Shown piece after piece: positions 1 through 9,393 of a stretch of DNA of 64,000 nt. The translations under genes and the position numbers were made by a program. The DNA is from Bacteroidales bacterium. GTDB taxonomy: Bacteria; Bacteroidota; Bacteroidia; Bacteroidales; WCHB1-69. Numbering within the stretch: the first letter of the stretch is position 1; every line of letters begins with the position of its first letter. The notes beneath the pieces were generated by a model. The model worked only from the letters and a program-made list of their open reading frames with translations, made no database searches and had not been told where the DNA came from. Location of the stretch: positions 10,198-74,197 of the forward strand of contig JAIKWD010000030.1 in the NCBI GenBank assembly GCA_024685175.1, in the 5' to 3' direction.

Positions 1-1182
1 CAGGTTAAGTTCATTGCTCAAGCCAAAACTGTTGCCAGGGAAGCTGTTCAGGTTGGGGTTGAATGCCGTCCATTCGCTCTCGTCGAAATCACCGCCGTTG
101 TAAGTGGTGGAATAGTAGACCTGATAATAGGTGGCAGGGCTGCCCTCTACGTTGTTGCGATGGTTGAGGCGCATTACGGTGCCCTGAAGGTCGGAGAAAC
201 TGAGCTCGGGCGAGATGAGCCAATCGTCGCAAGTCGTCGTGGAACTGTTGTGCCACATAAAAGAATCACCATCGAATGACTGGAACGCCCATGTGTTGCC
301 GGGAACCGTAATCCATCCGCCAGTGGTGGTGGAGTTTTCATCGAAGGTCAACGCTTGCAACAGGATGTCGGATTCGTTAACGGCGTCTTGAATATCTTCT
401 TTGGTACGCAGTGTAAGCTGATAATCGGAATTATATACGGAAAGAATGCCGTATAAGCAGTATTTTTTGTCCTCAATGATGGTGGAACGGAAGTTGGCAT
501 AGTTGGACGTGCGTACAACGACGGTTGCGCCATTGATGTAAACCTCGCGGTCCAAGGTGAGATCGTTGGTGGCCAAAGGTTGGCCGATGTACTTGCTGTC
601 GAATTTGCAGTTGTTGATGCGTACAAGGCAGTTGGTGTGCTCATTGGTGAGATCGGATGTTCCCTTAATGTCGATGGGATTGGCTATCAAAGGGTTGTTC
701 AGGTTAGGCAGTCCGTCCTTGTGGATGTACTGGTCCAGTGCTTCCTGGTTGATGCGTTGTACGGAAGTCCTGTCTTTCCATCCAATCTGGTATTTGTTAT
801 GATAATCGCCGACGATAAGACCACGACAGTCCAAATAGATGGTCTGTCCAACAGGATAATCATTGTATAGCCCAGTGCGGTCAATGGAGATCTCAATGCC
901 GCCGGTCTCGTCTTGGATGGTCATATATTTGTAGCAGTTGCCGCCTTGGTCGGAACTGACCACCACGGCTTTGACGATGAAGGGCTCGTCCCAACGGCAG
1001 ATGGAGTCTTGCAAGCCGGAACCCAATGAGGTGTGCTTGGCCTTGATGTCAGCGATGGTGTGGTTGGCGGCGGGACCATCGTAAACGGGTACAACTAATT
1101 CGGGCTCATCCCAACGGTTGCAGGAAGCCATCAGCAGGCTCACCACAAGGAGACTGAAAAAATATATAATGTGCTTTTTCAT
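1..1182 (-). CDS. surface lipoprotein, DUF5689-like N-domain / choice-of-anchor-J-like C-domain (3' end beyond window); paralog of 1216-2496
   Basis: Not in the ORF track because it has no stop in the window. The minus-strand ATG at 1182 stays open to base 1 (394 codons): MKKHIIYFFSLLVVSLLMASCNRWDEPELVVPVYDG... Lipobox LMASC. Shares blocks GNCYKYxxIxDETGxIxI, RTSNYAxF and WLISP with the neighbouring ORF. Family names are from memory. Confidence 0.75.
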   Translation of the reverse strand, partial: MKKHIIYFFSLLVVSLLMASCNRWDEPELVVPVYDGPAANHTIADIKAKHTSLGSGLQDSICRWDEPFIVKAVVVSSDQGGNCYKYMTIQDETGGIEISIDRTGLYNDYPVGQTIYLDCRGLIVGDYHNKYQIGWKDRTSVQRINQEALDQYIHKDGLPNLNNPLIANPIDIKGTSDLTNEHTNCLVRINNCKFDSKYIGQPLATNDLTLDREVYINGATVVVRTSNYANFRSTIIEDKKYCLYGILSVYNSDYQLTLRTKEDIQDAVNESDILLQALTFDENSTTTGGWITVPGNTWAFQSFDGDSFMWHNSSTTTCDDWLISPELSFSDLQGTVMRLNHRNNVEGSPATYYQVYYSTTYNGGDFDESEWTAFNPNLNSFPGNSFGLSNELNL

Positions 1183-1215
1183 AATCTAAGATCTTTATGT
1201 TTGGTTAGCGTAAAC

Positions 1216-2496
1216 TTATTTGATGTAGATGCTCCCAGCTGTTCCCTTTATCTCAATGTTGTTGATGGCCCACATGGAACCTTTGCCTTGGTAACGGAAG
1301 GCGATTCGGAAATTGGGCGAGACAAGGGCGGCTTCAGGAATGCCGAAGTTGACGTTGAGGAACGTAATCTCGAACTCGCTGATGGGCACTTCGTTCCAGT
1401 TTGTGCTGGCCACATCGCCCGTGTAGTTGGTGGTGTAGTAGCATTTCAACATATTGTTGCCGACGTTCGGGGCGCGATGGCTGAAAGAAAGCGACACATC
1501 GGTATAGGAGGACAAGTTGATTTTCGGCGAGATGAGCCAGCTGTCGGTCTGCGTGTTGGCATTGATGACAAAGCCGGCAAAAATGCTGTTGACCAGCGTG
1601 CTCCAGTCGCTTCCAGAGGTTACTCTGGTCCAACCGTTCTCGAAGGCGCTGTTGTAATCCGTCACGGAGAAAATGGTTTGGGAGGGAATCACCGTCATGA
1701 AGTCTTGAACATCGTCCAGGTCACGAATGACAATTTGCACATTGTTGTTGTAGCGGGTGAGAATGCCGATAATAGTACCTGTTCCTGTGGGCAGCAACTC
1801 ATTGTAAAAATCAGCGTAATTGCTGGTCCTCATGGCAATAATGGTGCCGTCGGCCATCTTGATATCGTGGCTGGTGGCAGCGTATGGATCACAATAAGTG
1901 GCAATGCCGCCCTCCACGAAAGTGGCACCCTCTAGTTTGACCAATCGGTTGTAGTGGGAATCGGGAATCGCATTCGCATTGGGAATGCTAGTCATGGTAA
2001 TGGTGGGCTCAACAGGTTGTATGGGACCGTGGTTGAAAATATAGTAGTGAGCTTTTCCAGATGGAATGGGTTCAATTTTGTCGTTAGCCCATAAGCCGAG
2101 TTGGGGAAGCTTGCGGTAGTCGCCCAAGTCAAGGCCATTACATTTTACAAAGACACGCTGTCCAAGACGGTATTTGTTATAAAGTGTTGAGCTGTTTATC
2201 TTGATTTGAATAGCTCCGGTTTCGTCTTCAATGTTAATATATTTGTAACAATTGCCGTGTTTGTCGGAGGTGGTGACGATACCGGTGATGATAATGTCTT
2301 CGGCATCCTCGGGAATGTGGATATAGGAGTCGGAGGAGCCAATCTCGTGCATAGCAAGCAATTCGGCTATGGTGGTGTTGGCCTCGCCGTCGTAGAAAGG
2401 CATGGGTGCCACATCGGGTTCCAAGTTGCAGGAGGCCATTAAGAGACCGAGCGCAAAACTCAGAACGATAATACTGTATTTGTGGAATATTTTCAT
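1216..2496 (-). CDS. surface lipoprotein, DUF5689-like / choice-of-anchor-J-like
   Basis: 426-aa ORF with lipoprotein signal LGLLMASCN. Same conserved blocks as the 1-1182 paralog. Starts 19 nt after the barrel gene. Confidence 0.8.
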   Translation of the reverse strand: MKIFHKYSIIVLSFALGLLMASCNLEPDVAPMPFYDGEANTTIAELLAMHEIGSSDSYIHIPEDAEDIIITGIVTTSDKHGNCYKYINIEDETGAIQIKINSSTLYNKYRLGQRVFVKCNGLDLGDYRKLPQLGLWANDKIEPIPSGKAHYYIFNHGPIQPVEPTITMTSIPNANAIPDSHYNRLVKLEGATFVEGGIATYCDPYAATSHDIKMADGTIIAMRTSNYADFYNELLPTGTGTIIGILTRYNNNVQIVIRDLDDVQDFMTVIPSQTIFSVTDYNSAFENGWTRVTSGSDWSTLVNSIFAGFVINANTQTDSWLISPKINLSSYTDVSLSFSHRAPNVGNNMLKCYYTTNYTGDVASTNWNEVPISEFEITFLNVNFGIPEAALVSPNFRIAFRYQGKGSMWAINNIEIKGTAGSIYIK

Positions 2497-2515
2497 CTTT
2501 TAATGTTTTTTTCGA

Positions 2516-5071
2516 TTAGTTGAAAGTGAAATTGATACCCAAATAGAATGTTGTGCCGAAGGCGTAGTAGTACTTGTTGCCGAACTTGTCGACATTCAGG
2601 TTGGTGTAGTCGAAACGATACTGTTCCCAAGCGGTGGTTACGAGGTTTTTGTTGTTGAGCAGATTGGTGATGCTGGCGTTGAAGCCGATGATATAGCCGC
2701 TTTTGATACGCCACGACTTGCTGACGGAGACGTCCATCGTGAACTGTCCTTTCATGCGGGTCTGGTCGGCGATGAGATGGTATACAGGGTCATCGATACT
2801 GAGAGATCCGCGGGCGGTATTGGTTCTGCGCTCAGGGTTCAGGTCGCAGTAGATCTTATCGAAGTAGTTGGCGTTGATGTTCACCCACCAGTAGTTGTGG
2901 TTGAACTTGAGTCCTACGGTGCCGGCCACTTGCGGTGTGCCGGAGACGTGGTAGTTCTTCCAATAGACGGTGCGCTCCAGCTGTCCGTCGAAGTCGGTGC
3001 CGTTTTCGGCGTTCATCGTCACCTCGGCGCGGTCGGAGTAGCGGTAGTCACCGTAGTTGCCGGCCAAGATGATGGAGAACATACTGCCCAACTTGATCTC
3101 GGCGCCCAACTCGATGCCGAGGTGGCGTTGGTCGATGCCGGAGATGGAGTAGTTGACCATAGAGGCATAGTCATCGTGGTAGAAACTGATGAGGCGCGTG
3201 GCGTCGTTGATCTGGGTGAAATATAGCGTGGCTCTCATCTTTATGGAAGGGTAGGAGAGTATGTAGGAAAGGTCGCTGGCGTAGACCTTCTCGCATTTGA
3301 GGTTGTCGACGATCGTGTTGCGGATACGCGGAGCCAGGAAAGCGTTGAGCACGCTTGGCGCCACGGCTTCGGCCTGTCCGTTGAGGACGAGGTAGTTACG
3401 GCCGTTGATCTTGTAGGTCACGCCTGCCTTGCCGCCTCCCTCAAGGAACCCTTCGGTCTCGGAACGACCGTAGGAGGCGTCTTGGAAACGACCGTTTTGC
3501 ATATGGCCGACACGCCAGAATTCAGTGCCGCCCAACTGGCCGCCCAAGTGGAATTCGAGGTGCGGATAGGTGAACACGGCAGTGGCCCATAGTCTTTGGG
3601 TGTAGATGTGATAATCATAATTGTAGCCGAACACATCGCCCACGCCCAAGGTGTCGTCCTTATGCAGGATGTCGTTGTATTGCACGTTGAAATCGTCGGG
3701 AAACTCACCCTCGGAGAACTTGTCCACGTCGATCCAGTAGGCACCGCCCAACAGGTCGTTGATGGTCTTGTAGTTCTTCTGCTTCATCCCGCGCACGTCC
3801 AGACCGGCGTGCAACTTGATGTGGTCGTTGAAGGAGTAGGTCATATTGCTGCTGCCACCGAGTTGCAGATGGTCGTAGATGCGGTTCTCGACCATATATT
3901 GGGCGCGCTTGCCTTGGTAGGCGGCCAATTGGTTGACCTCGTACATCTTGTCCCAGTTGATTTGGGTGTACGATTCGTTGTTGGAGGCCCAATAGTCGAA
4001 AATGTTGTTATAGAAATAGTTCGTGTCCCCATTGTTGATTTGGTAGGAGGGCAGATAGCGGTAGTAGTCGGGGCGCGGGTCCGGCACGTCGTACCAGTTC
4101 AACGACGTGGTATTGTTGCGTCCGAAGGTGGCGCCCAAGGTGGTGTTCACCTGTATCTTGTTGCTCTTCGGCGCGAAAGTGTGGGTGAGCAGGATGACGG
4201 GCTCGCAGACGGTACGAATGCGGGCGTTTCGCTGCTTGCCTTGATACCAACCCCAGTTGGCGTTGTAGTAGTGGTCGCCCAGCAGATCGTAGGCCTCTTG
4301 TACGGAGTTGGACTGCATCCCACGGGCTGTGTGCGACATAAATGCGGCCAGATTGAGCCAGTTGGCTGAGTTGAGCTGCTTTTCCGCCGCGATAAAGCCG
4401 CCGAAACTATTGTAGGAGGTGCCTTCTACATAGGACAAGGCATTGCCGAAACGGGCCGACAGGGAACCCGCCACGGACCAGCCGTTCTTGAGTACGCCCG
4501 TGGCACCCGTCAACATAAAACGGTTGCTGTACGTGCGGTTGGTGAGCGAGTAGGAGGCTCTGATCTGGCGACGTTGGTTGCTGGCACGCAAGTTATAGTT
4601 GGATGCGCCCCCGACATTGCCGAACGTGAAACTGACCGGATTCAGGTTCGCCACGTTCTCCGGATAACGGAAGATGTGGTTCAAACCGCCCCACTGCGAA
4701 TAGGAAGCCCTACCCGTGATTCGGCTGTTCATACTGAAACCGTTCATGCAGACATCCTGATACTTGTTGTCGTAGCCACGCGACCGGAAATAGGCGATGC
4801 TGAACGTGTAAGAGGTGTTGTTGACATAGACGTCCTGAGAGGAATGCAACAAACTGGGAACATTGTTGCCCGCACCGAACTCGGACTCTTCGTCCTGCCC
4901 CTCGCTGATGGAGGCGGAGGTGTTCTCGTCGTTCTGCGAGTAGCTGATGGCTGTGGTGTCCGATATTGACGACTTCTGCTTCTTGTTCTTAGTCTTGCCG
5001 CCGTCATTCTGAGCGAAACCGGTGCCGCAGACTAGAAGGATTGCGAAAATCCAGAGTAGAGATTTCTTCAT
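2516..5071 (-). CDS. TonB-dependent-receptor-type outer membrane beta-barrel
   Basis: 851-aa ORF. Signal peptide MKKSLLWIFAILLVCGTGFA, then a Ser/Asp/Glu-rich low-complexity stretch. Long Tyr/Asn/Gly-rich sequence with beta-strand pattern, ending ...GINFTFN. Confidence 0.75.
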   Translation of the reverse strand: MKKSLLWIFAILLVCGTGFAQNDGGKTKNKKQKSSISDTTAISYSQNDENTSASISEGQDEESEFGAGNNVPSLLHSSQDVYVNNTSYTFSIAYFRSRGYDNKYQDVCMNGFSMNSRITGRASYSQWGGLNHIFRYPENVANLNPVSFTFGNVGGASNYNLRASNQRRQIRASYSLTNRTYSNRFMLTGATGVLKNGWSVAGSLSARFGNALSYVEGTSYNSFGGFIAAEKQLNSANWLNLAAFMSHTARGMQSNSVQEAYDLLGDHYYNANWGWYQGKQRNARIRTVCEPVILLTHTFAPKSNKIQVNTTLGATFGRNNTTSLNWYDVPDPRPDYYRYLPSYQINNGDTNYFYNNIFDYWASNNESYTQINWDKMYEVNQLAAYQGKRAQYMVENRIYDHLQLGGSSNMTYSFNDHIKLHAGLDVRGMKQKNYKTINDLLGGAYWIDVDKFSEGEFPDDFNVQYNDILHKDDTLGVGDVFGYNYDYHIYTQRLWATAVFTYPHLEFHLGGQLGGTEFWRVGHMQNGRFQDASYGRSETEGFLEGGGKAGVTYKINGRNYLVLNGQAEAVAPSVLNAFLAPRIRNTIVDNLKCEKVYASDLSYILSYPSIKMRATLYFTQINDATRLISFYHDDYASMVNYSISGIDQRHLGIELGAEIKLGSMFSIILAGNYGDYRYSDRAEVTMNAENGTDFDGQLERTVYWKNYHVSGTPQVAGTVGLKFNHNYWWVNINANYFDKIYCDLNPERRTNTARGSLSIDDPVYHLIADQTRMKGQFTMDVSVSKSWRIKSGYIIGFNASITNLLNNKNLVTTAWEQYRFDYTNLNVDKFGNKYYYAFGTTFYLGINFTFN

Positions 5072-5107
5072 ATATTCGTTTTTTAATTATTGTATATAAA
5101 AAGCGTG

Positions 5108-5115
5108 CAAAGATA
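5108..5115 (-). promoter_or_regulatory. -7 promoter box (TAtcTTTG on minus strand) for the barrel operon
   Basis: Plus strand reads CAAAGATA. Lies 37 nt upstream of the ATG at 5071. Confidence 0.55.
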
Positions 5116-5124
5116 CATTTTTTG

Positions 5125-5132
5125 TACTTTTG
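5125..5132 (+). promoter_or_regulatory. -7 promoter box TACTTTTG for dut
   Basis: Matches the Bacteroides TAnnTTTG consensus. Lies 21 nt upstream of the ATG at 5153. Confidence 0.55.
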
Positions 5133-5152
5133 CCGCCATTGAAATCTTGAAT

Positions 5153-5605
5153 ATGGAAAATAAAATTTGCAAAGTATACAACCAATCCAACAATCCGTTG
5201 CCTGCGTACGAATCCGCGCGCGCTGCCGGGTTGGATCTTCGCGCTAATCTTGAATCCCCGGTGACCCTTATGCCGGGCCAACGCCAACTCATCCCGACCG
5301 GCTTGTTCCTGGAACTGCCCGACGACTGCGAGGCCCAGGTGCGTCCTCGTAGCGGACTGGCGATGAAACACGGCATCACCGTACTCAATACGCCCGGTAC
5401 CATCGACGCTGACTATCGTGGCGAAGTTAAAGTGCTGTTAATCAATCTGTCAGATGAGCCTTTTGAAATCCAAAACGGCGAGCGCATCGCCCAGATGGTC
5501 GTGTCCCGCTTCCAACAAATCTCGTGGGAAGAGGTGGATGATGTGGAAATGCTCTCCAAGACGGAGCGTGGTGCCGGCGGTTTTGGCCATAGTGGCAAGA
5601 AATAG
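5153..5605 (+). CDS. dut: dUTP diphosphatase
   Basis: Motifs [31 protein letters not shown]. The track start at 5090 lies upstream of the promoter box, so ATG 5153 ([10 protein letters not shown]) is preferred. Confidence 0.9.
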   Translation: MENKICKVYNQSNNPLPAYESARAAGLDLRANLESPVTLMPGQRQLIPTGLFLELPDDCEAQVRPRSGLAMKHGITVLNTPGTIDADYRGEVKVLLINLSDEPFEIQNGERIAQMVVSRFQQISWEEVDDVEMLSKTERGAGGFGHSGKK

Positions 5606-5634
5606 TTTTGTTTATCAATATTATTTATTACTAA

Positions 5635-7005
5635 ATGAAAAGGATACTCTTTTTTCTCCTAATACTCGGATCCGTCTGGTGCACTGTGGGGCAGACTCAA
5701 AAAAAGACACGTAACGTGGCCAAAACGGATGCTACGTCTGTTAATGCCCGTAAAATTTCAGTGGACTTCACAAATGGGCTCAAAGCGTACTATTCCGGAA
5801 ACGTCAATGAGGCTCTCAAGGTCTTCAACGGCATCATCCTGGATAACCCCAAACACGATCCGTCCTATTTTATGTTGTCCAAACTATATGTCGACAAGAA
5901 AAACTACGCCGACGCGCTGGACGCTCTTCAGCAGGCATTGAAGATAGACAAGAAAAACGTATGGTACAAGGTTGAAATGGCCAAGGTCTATGCCAAGATG
6001 GGCGACAATGCCAGTGCGGCCAAGTTGTGGGAACAGGTCTGCAAGGAGAAGACCAACAACGAGTACTATCTCTATTCCCTCGCCGAGTGCTACCTCGCGC
6101 TCGAAAAGCCGCAAAAGGTGATCGAGACCTACAATCGTATGGAAGATATTATGGGCGCCAACGATGAGATTACGCGCGTGAAGGCGTCGCTTTGGTTGTA
6201 TATGAACGATGTGAAGTCGGCCGCCGGCGAGTACGATGCCCTGATTGCCAAGTATCCCCATAATGCAGATTATTACATCAAGGCCGGCACCATCTATCAG
6301 AGTAACGGTATGACCGACAAGGCCTATGAGTACTACGCCAAGGCCTTGGAAATCAGTCCCAACGATCCACAACTGAACCTCGCCTTGGCTTCCTATTGGG
6401 AGCAGAAGCAAGATCACGAAAAGGCTTCCGCCTGTCTGAACCGGGTGTTCGCCAGTCCGGAAGTGCCTTTTGGCGAGAAACAATCCTATATGCGCAGTTA
6501 TATGGCCACGGCCGTCAAGACGCGTAAGGGCTCTGACGTGAAGCGCGCCGAAGAGTTGGCCGATGCGCTGGTCAAGACGCACCCCGAAGAGGCGGAGGGC
6601 TATGTGTGCAAAGGCCGCTTGCGCATTATTACCCAGCAGTTCGAGTTGGCCAAAGGCTACCTCGAACAAGCCCTCGAACGCGACAACACCGTGTTCGTCG
6701 TCTGGGAAGACTACTGCTATGTGCTGGAGGCCTTGAAAAAACACAGCGAATTTCTGAAATACGAAAACGAAGTGCTTGAACTCTTCCCGCAAAACGCCGC
6801 CATCCTGTACCAACTTGGCGTGGGCTACTTGCAGATCCAGAATGCCGACAAGGCCATAGACTATTTGAAGCAGGCGCTTTCCCTGACCTACGATGCCGAC
6901 CGCAAGGCCATTGTCAACAAAAAGCTCGGAGACGCCTATCACCTCAAGGGAGACGAGACGACGGCCGAATCGTATTGGAAAAAAAGCGGCCTTGGAAAAA
7001 ATTAA
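5635..7005 (+). CDS. TPR-repeat protein with signal peptide
   Basis: 456 aa. Begins MKRILFFLLILGSVWCTVGQ. Repeated 34-aa A/Y/L patterns (ALKIDKKNVWY..., AKALEISPNDPQ...). Confidence 0.75.
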   Translation: MKRILFFLLILGSVWCTVGQTQKKTRNVAKTDATSVNARKISVDFTNGLKAYYSGNVNEALKVFNGIILDNPKHDPSYFMLSKLYVDKKNYADALDALQQALKIDKKNVWYKVEMAKVYAKMGDNASAAKLWEQVCKEKTNNEYYLYSLAECYLALEKPQKVIETYNRMEDIMGANDEITRVKASLWLYMNDVKSAAGEYDALIAKYPHNADYYIKAGTIYQSNGMTDKAYEYYAKALEISPNDPQLNLALASYWEQKQDHEKASACLNRVFASPEVPFGEKQSYMRSYMATAVKTRKGSDVKRAEELADALVKTHPEEAEGYVCKGRLRIITQQFELAKGYLEQALERDNTVFVVWEDYCYVLEALKKHSEFLKYENEVLELFPQNAAILYQLGVGYLQIQNADKAIDYLKQALSLTYDADRKAIVNKKLGDAYHLKGDETTAESYWKKSGLGKN

Positions 7006-7016
7006 ATAGTTTTTTT

Positions 7017-7024
7017 TATTTTTG
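7017..7024 (+). promoter_or_regulatory. -7 promoter box TATTTTTG for yidC
   Basis: Lies 23 nt upstream of the ATG at 7047. Confidence 0.5.
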
Positions 7025-7046
7025 CAGCCAATTTAAAAAATCAAAA

Positions 7047-8966
7047 ATGGATAAGAATACTGTTATTGGATTGCTTTTGATTTTTTTACTGTTCTTAGGT
7101 TTCAGTTTCTACCAAACCGGCAAGAACAAGAAGATTAGAGAAGAGCAAGAGGAGTTGATGGCGCAGGAAGCTGCGAAACAAAGAAAAGATAGCCTGAACC
7201 TTTCGTTGACGGACACCGCTGCCGCCGCCCAAACCACGACACCAAAAGATAGTTTGCTGTCGCCCGCACAAGTGTTTTCCAACGCACAAATCGCTGACGA
7301 AAATGACTATGTGGTGGAAACAGACAAAGCTATCTATAAGTTTAGCAAAAAAGGTGGATACCTAAAGAGTGCCATACTTAAAGATGTATATCGTTATACG
7401 CCTAAGGATTCTGCCAAGAAGGTTCTTGAGCTTTTCGAAGGCGGCACTAACATTATGGGTATCAATTTGATGCTCCACGACCAGACTGAACTTTCCACCC
7501 TCGATTGCTATTTCATCGCAGAAGGTGGCGACACTATGAAGTTTAACGGCACGGATGGCTCGCTTATCCTTCGCTTGTATCCTAACTGCAAAGGCGATTC
7601 GGTTCAATGTGGTATGCTTGACAATGCCTCTTACATTGAATATGCTTATTCCTTTAAAAAAGATGACTATCGCTTCGGCTTCAAGGTGCGCTTCGTAAAT
7701 ATGGAACAGTACCTGTATCCCAACAAGCATAGTTATACGCTTACGTGGAGCGCTCAACCCAAGACAGTGGAGAAAAACTACGAGTATGAGAAGAATCTTA
7801 CTTCCATCTATTATATGGATAACGTGGATGAAGTGGAAAATCTCGACGAGCGTAAAGACGATAAGAAAGACTTTACCTCACCATTGAAATGGGTGTCTTT
7901 CAAACAACAATTCTTCACGACCAGTCTCATTGTTGATGACGAGCCCTTCCAGTCTGGCTCATTGTCTGTTACATCCTTGGATAAGTCGGAGAAATCTGTG
8001 CTGAAGAATTGTAACGCCGAGCTTGATTTTGAAGTGAAGGATCTCAACAAAGGCGATTTTGGAATGTCCATGTACGTGGGCCCCAACCAATACAAGCTGT
8101 TGAAGACCTATGGACTTAAATTGGAACGACAGGTTCCACTAGGCTGGGGCTTCTTCCTTTTGCATTGGATCAACCGCTTCGCGATTATCCCCATCTTCAA
8201 CTGGTTGGAAGCCTATGGACTCAACTACGGTATCATCATCCTGATTCTGACAATTATTTTAAAGGTAGTGTTGTTGCCGGTGGGTTACAAGACCTATATG
8301 TCGTCGGCCAAGATGCGTGCCCTAAAGCCGGAAATCGAAGCCATCAATGCCCGTTATCCCAAGGAAGACGATATGATGAAGAAGCAACAGGCCACCATGA
8401 ACCTCTATCGAAGTGCAGGGGTGAGTCCCGCTGGAGGCTGTCTGCCGATGTTACTCCAGATGCCTATCCTTATTGCCATGTACCGCTTCTTCCCTGCTGC
8501 ATACGAACTTCGTCAGAAGTCGTTCCTGTGGGCGGAAGACCTCTCTACGTATGATTCCATCTGGGACTTCGGTCATAATATTCCCCTCTATGGTGATCAC
8601 ATGAGCTTGTTTACTATCCTTATGACCATCGCCACCCTCGTTTATACATGGCTTAACAATAAGCTGATGAACCCGACACAGGGCAATAAAGACCAGCAAC
8701 GTATGATGAACATCATGATGTACATGATGCCCATTATGTTCCTCTTTATGTTCAACAACTTCGCTTCCGCCTTGACATACTACTACCTGCTATTCAACTT
8801 GGCTACGTTCGCTCAGATGTTTATTTTCCGTGTTGCGGTGAATGAAGATAAACTTCGTCTGAAGATGCAGGAAAATATGAAGAAGCCGGTCAAGAAGTCA
8901 AAATGGCAACTCAAAATGGAGGAGATGCAGAAACAGCAGGCCCAGATGATGAAGAACCGCAAGTAA
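7047..8966 (+). CDS. yidC: membrane protein insertase YidC
   Basis: Starts MDKNTVIGLLLIFLLFLGF. Large periplasmic domain, then the conserved C-terminal core (GWGFFLLHWI..., KMRALKPEIEAINARY, GCLPMLLQMPILIAMY). The track start at 6975 overlaps the TPR gene and promoter box. Confidence 0.9.
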   Translation: MDKNTVIGLLLIFLLFLGFSFYQTGKNKKIREEQEELMAQEAAKQRKDSLNLSLTDTAAAAQTTTPKDSLLSPAQVFSNAQIADENDYVVETDKAIYKFSKKGGYLKSAILKDVYRYTPKDSAKKVLELFEGGTNIMGINLMLHDQTELSTLDCYFIAEGGDTMKFNGTDGSLILRLYPNCKGDSVQCGMLDNASYIEYAYSFKKDDYRFGFKVRFVNMEQYLYPNKHSYTLTWSAQPKTVEKNYEYEKNLTSIYYMDNVDEVENLDERKDDKKDFTSPLKWVSFKQQFFTTSLIVDDEPFQSGSLSVTSLDKSEKSVLKNCNAELDFEVKDLNKGDFGMSMYVGPNQYKLLKTYGLKLERQVPLGWGFFLLHWINRFAIIPIFNWLEAYGLNYGIIILILTIILKVVLLPVGYKTYMSSAKMRALKPEIEAINARYPKEDDMMKKQQATMNLYRSAGVSPAGGCLPMLLQMPILIAMYRFFPAAYELRQKSFLWAEDLSTYDSIWDFGHNIPLYGDHMSLFTILMTIATLVYTWLNNKLMNPTQGNKDQQRMMNIMMYMMPIMFLFMFNNFASALTYYYLLFNLATFAQMFIFRVAVNEDKLRLKMQENMKKPVKKSKWQLKMEEMQKQQAQMMKNRK

Positions 8967-9011
8967 TTTGTAAGGACGTACGGCCGTACGCCACAACAGC
9001 AAACAACGTAA

Positions 9012-9031
9012 AGGCGCACGGCCGTGCGCCT
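9012..9031 (+). terminator. GC-rich perfect 20-nt palindrome (hairpin) downstream of yidC
   Basis: AGGCGCACGGCCGTGCGCCT, with no clear U-tract. A second palindrome, CGTACGGCCGTACG, lies at 8977-8990. Confidence 0.4.
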
Positions 9032-9051
9032 CAACCTAAAAATAAAAGAAT

Positions 9052-9393
9052 ATGGAAAATCAAGACAAGAATGAAGTTTTATCGAGAGCCGTGAAGGCCG
9101 GTAAAAGAACTTACTTTTTCGATGTGAAAAGTACGAAGACGGAAGAGTTGTATCTGACCATTACAGAAAGCAAACGCAAGTTCAACGCAGAGACGGGAAC
9201 TTTCTTTTATGAGAAGCATAAAGTATTTTTGTATAAAGAAGATTTCGACAAGTTCCAGAATGCCCTCAGCGGTGTGATTGATTTCATCCGTACAGGTAAA
9301 GTACCCGAGGAGACTATGTTTGAGCCCGAAGCAGGTGGACTGGGCGAAGATGGCAAAATTGATGTTAGTTTTGAAGATTTAGATCGTCAATAA
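9052..9393 (+). CDS. PUR-alpha-like nucleic-acid-binding protein (DUF3276 family)
   Basis: 113 aa: SRAVKAGKRTYFFDVKSTKTEELYLTITESKRKF...FYEKHKVFLYKEDFDKF. Its stop overlaps the parA start (TAATG). Confidence 0.65.
   Translation: MENQDKNEVLSRAVKAGKRTYFFDVKSTKTEELYLTITESKRKFNAETGTFFYEKHKVFLYKEDFDKFQNALSGVIDFIRTGKVPEETMFEPEAGGLGEDGKIDVSFEDLDRQ

Noticed and set aside
1171-1935. 254-aa plus-strand ORF opposite the lipoprotein gene
   Set aside because: Shadow ORF. The minus-strand product has a lipobox and paralog support.
5884-6942. 352-aa minus-strand ORF opposite the TPR gene
   Set aside because: It has a low-complexity Val/Gly/Leu/His-rich composition typical of antisense shadow frames, with no start context or promoter box. 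The plus-strand ORF has a signal peptide and clear TPR repeats.
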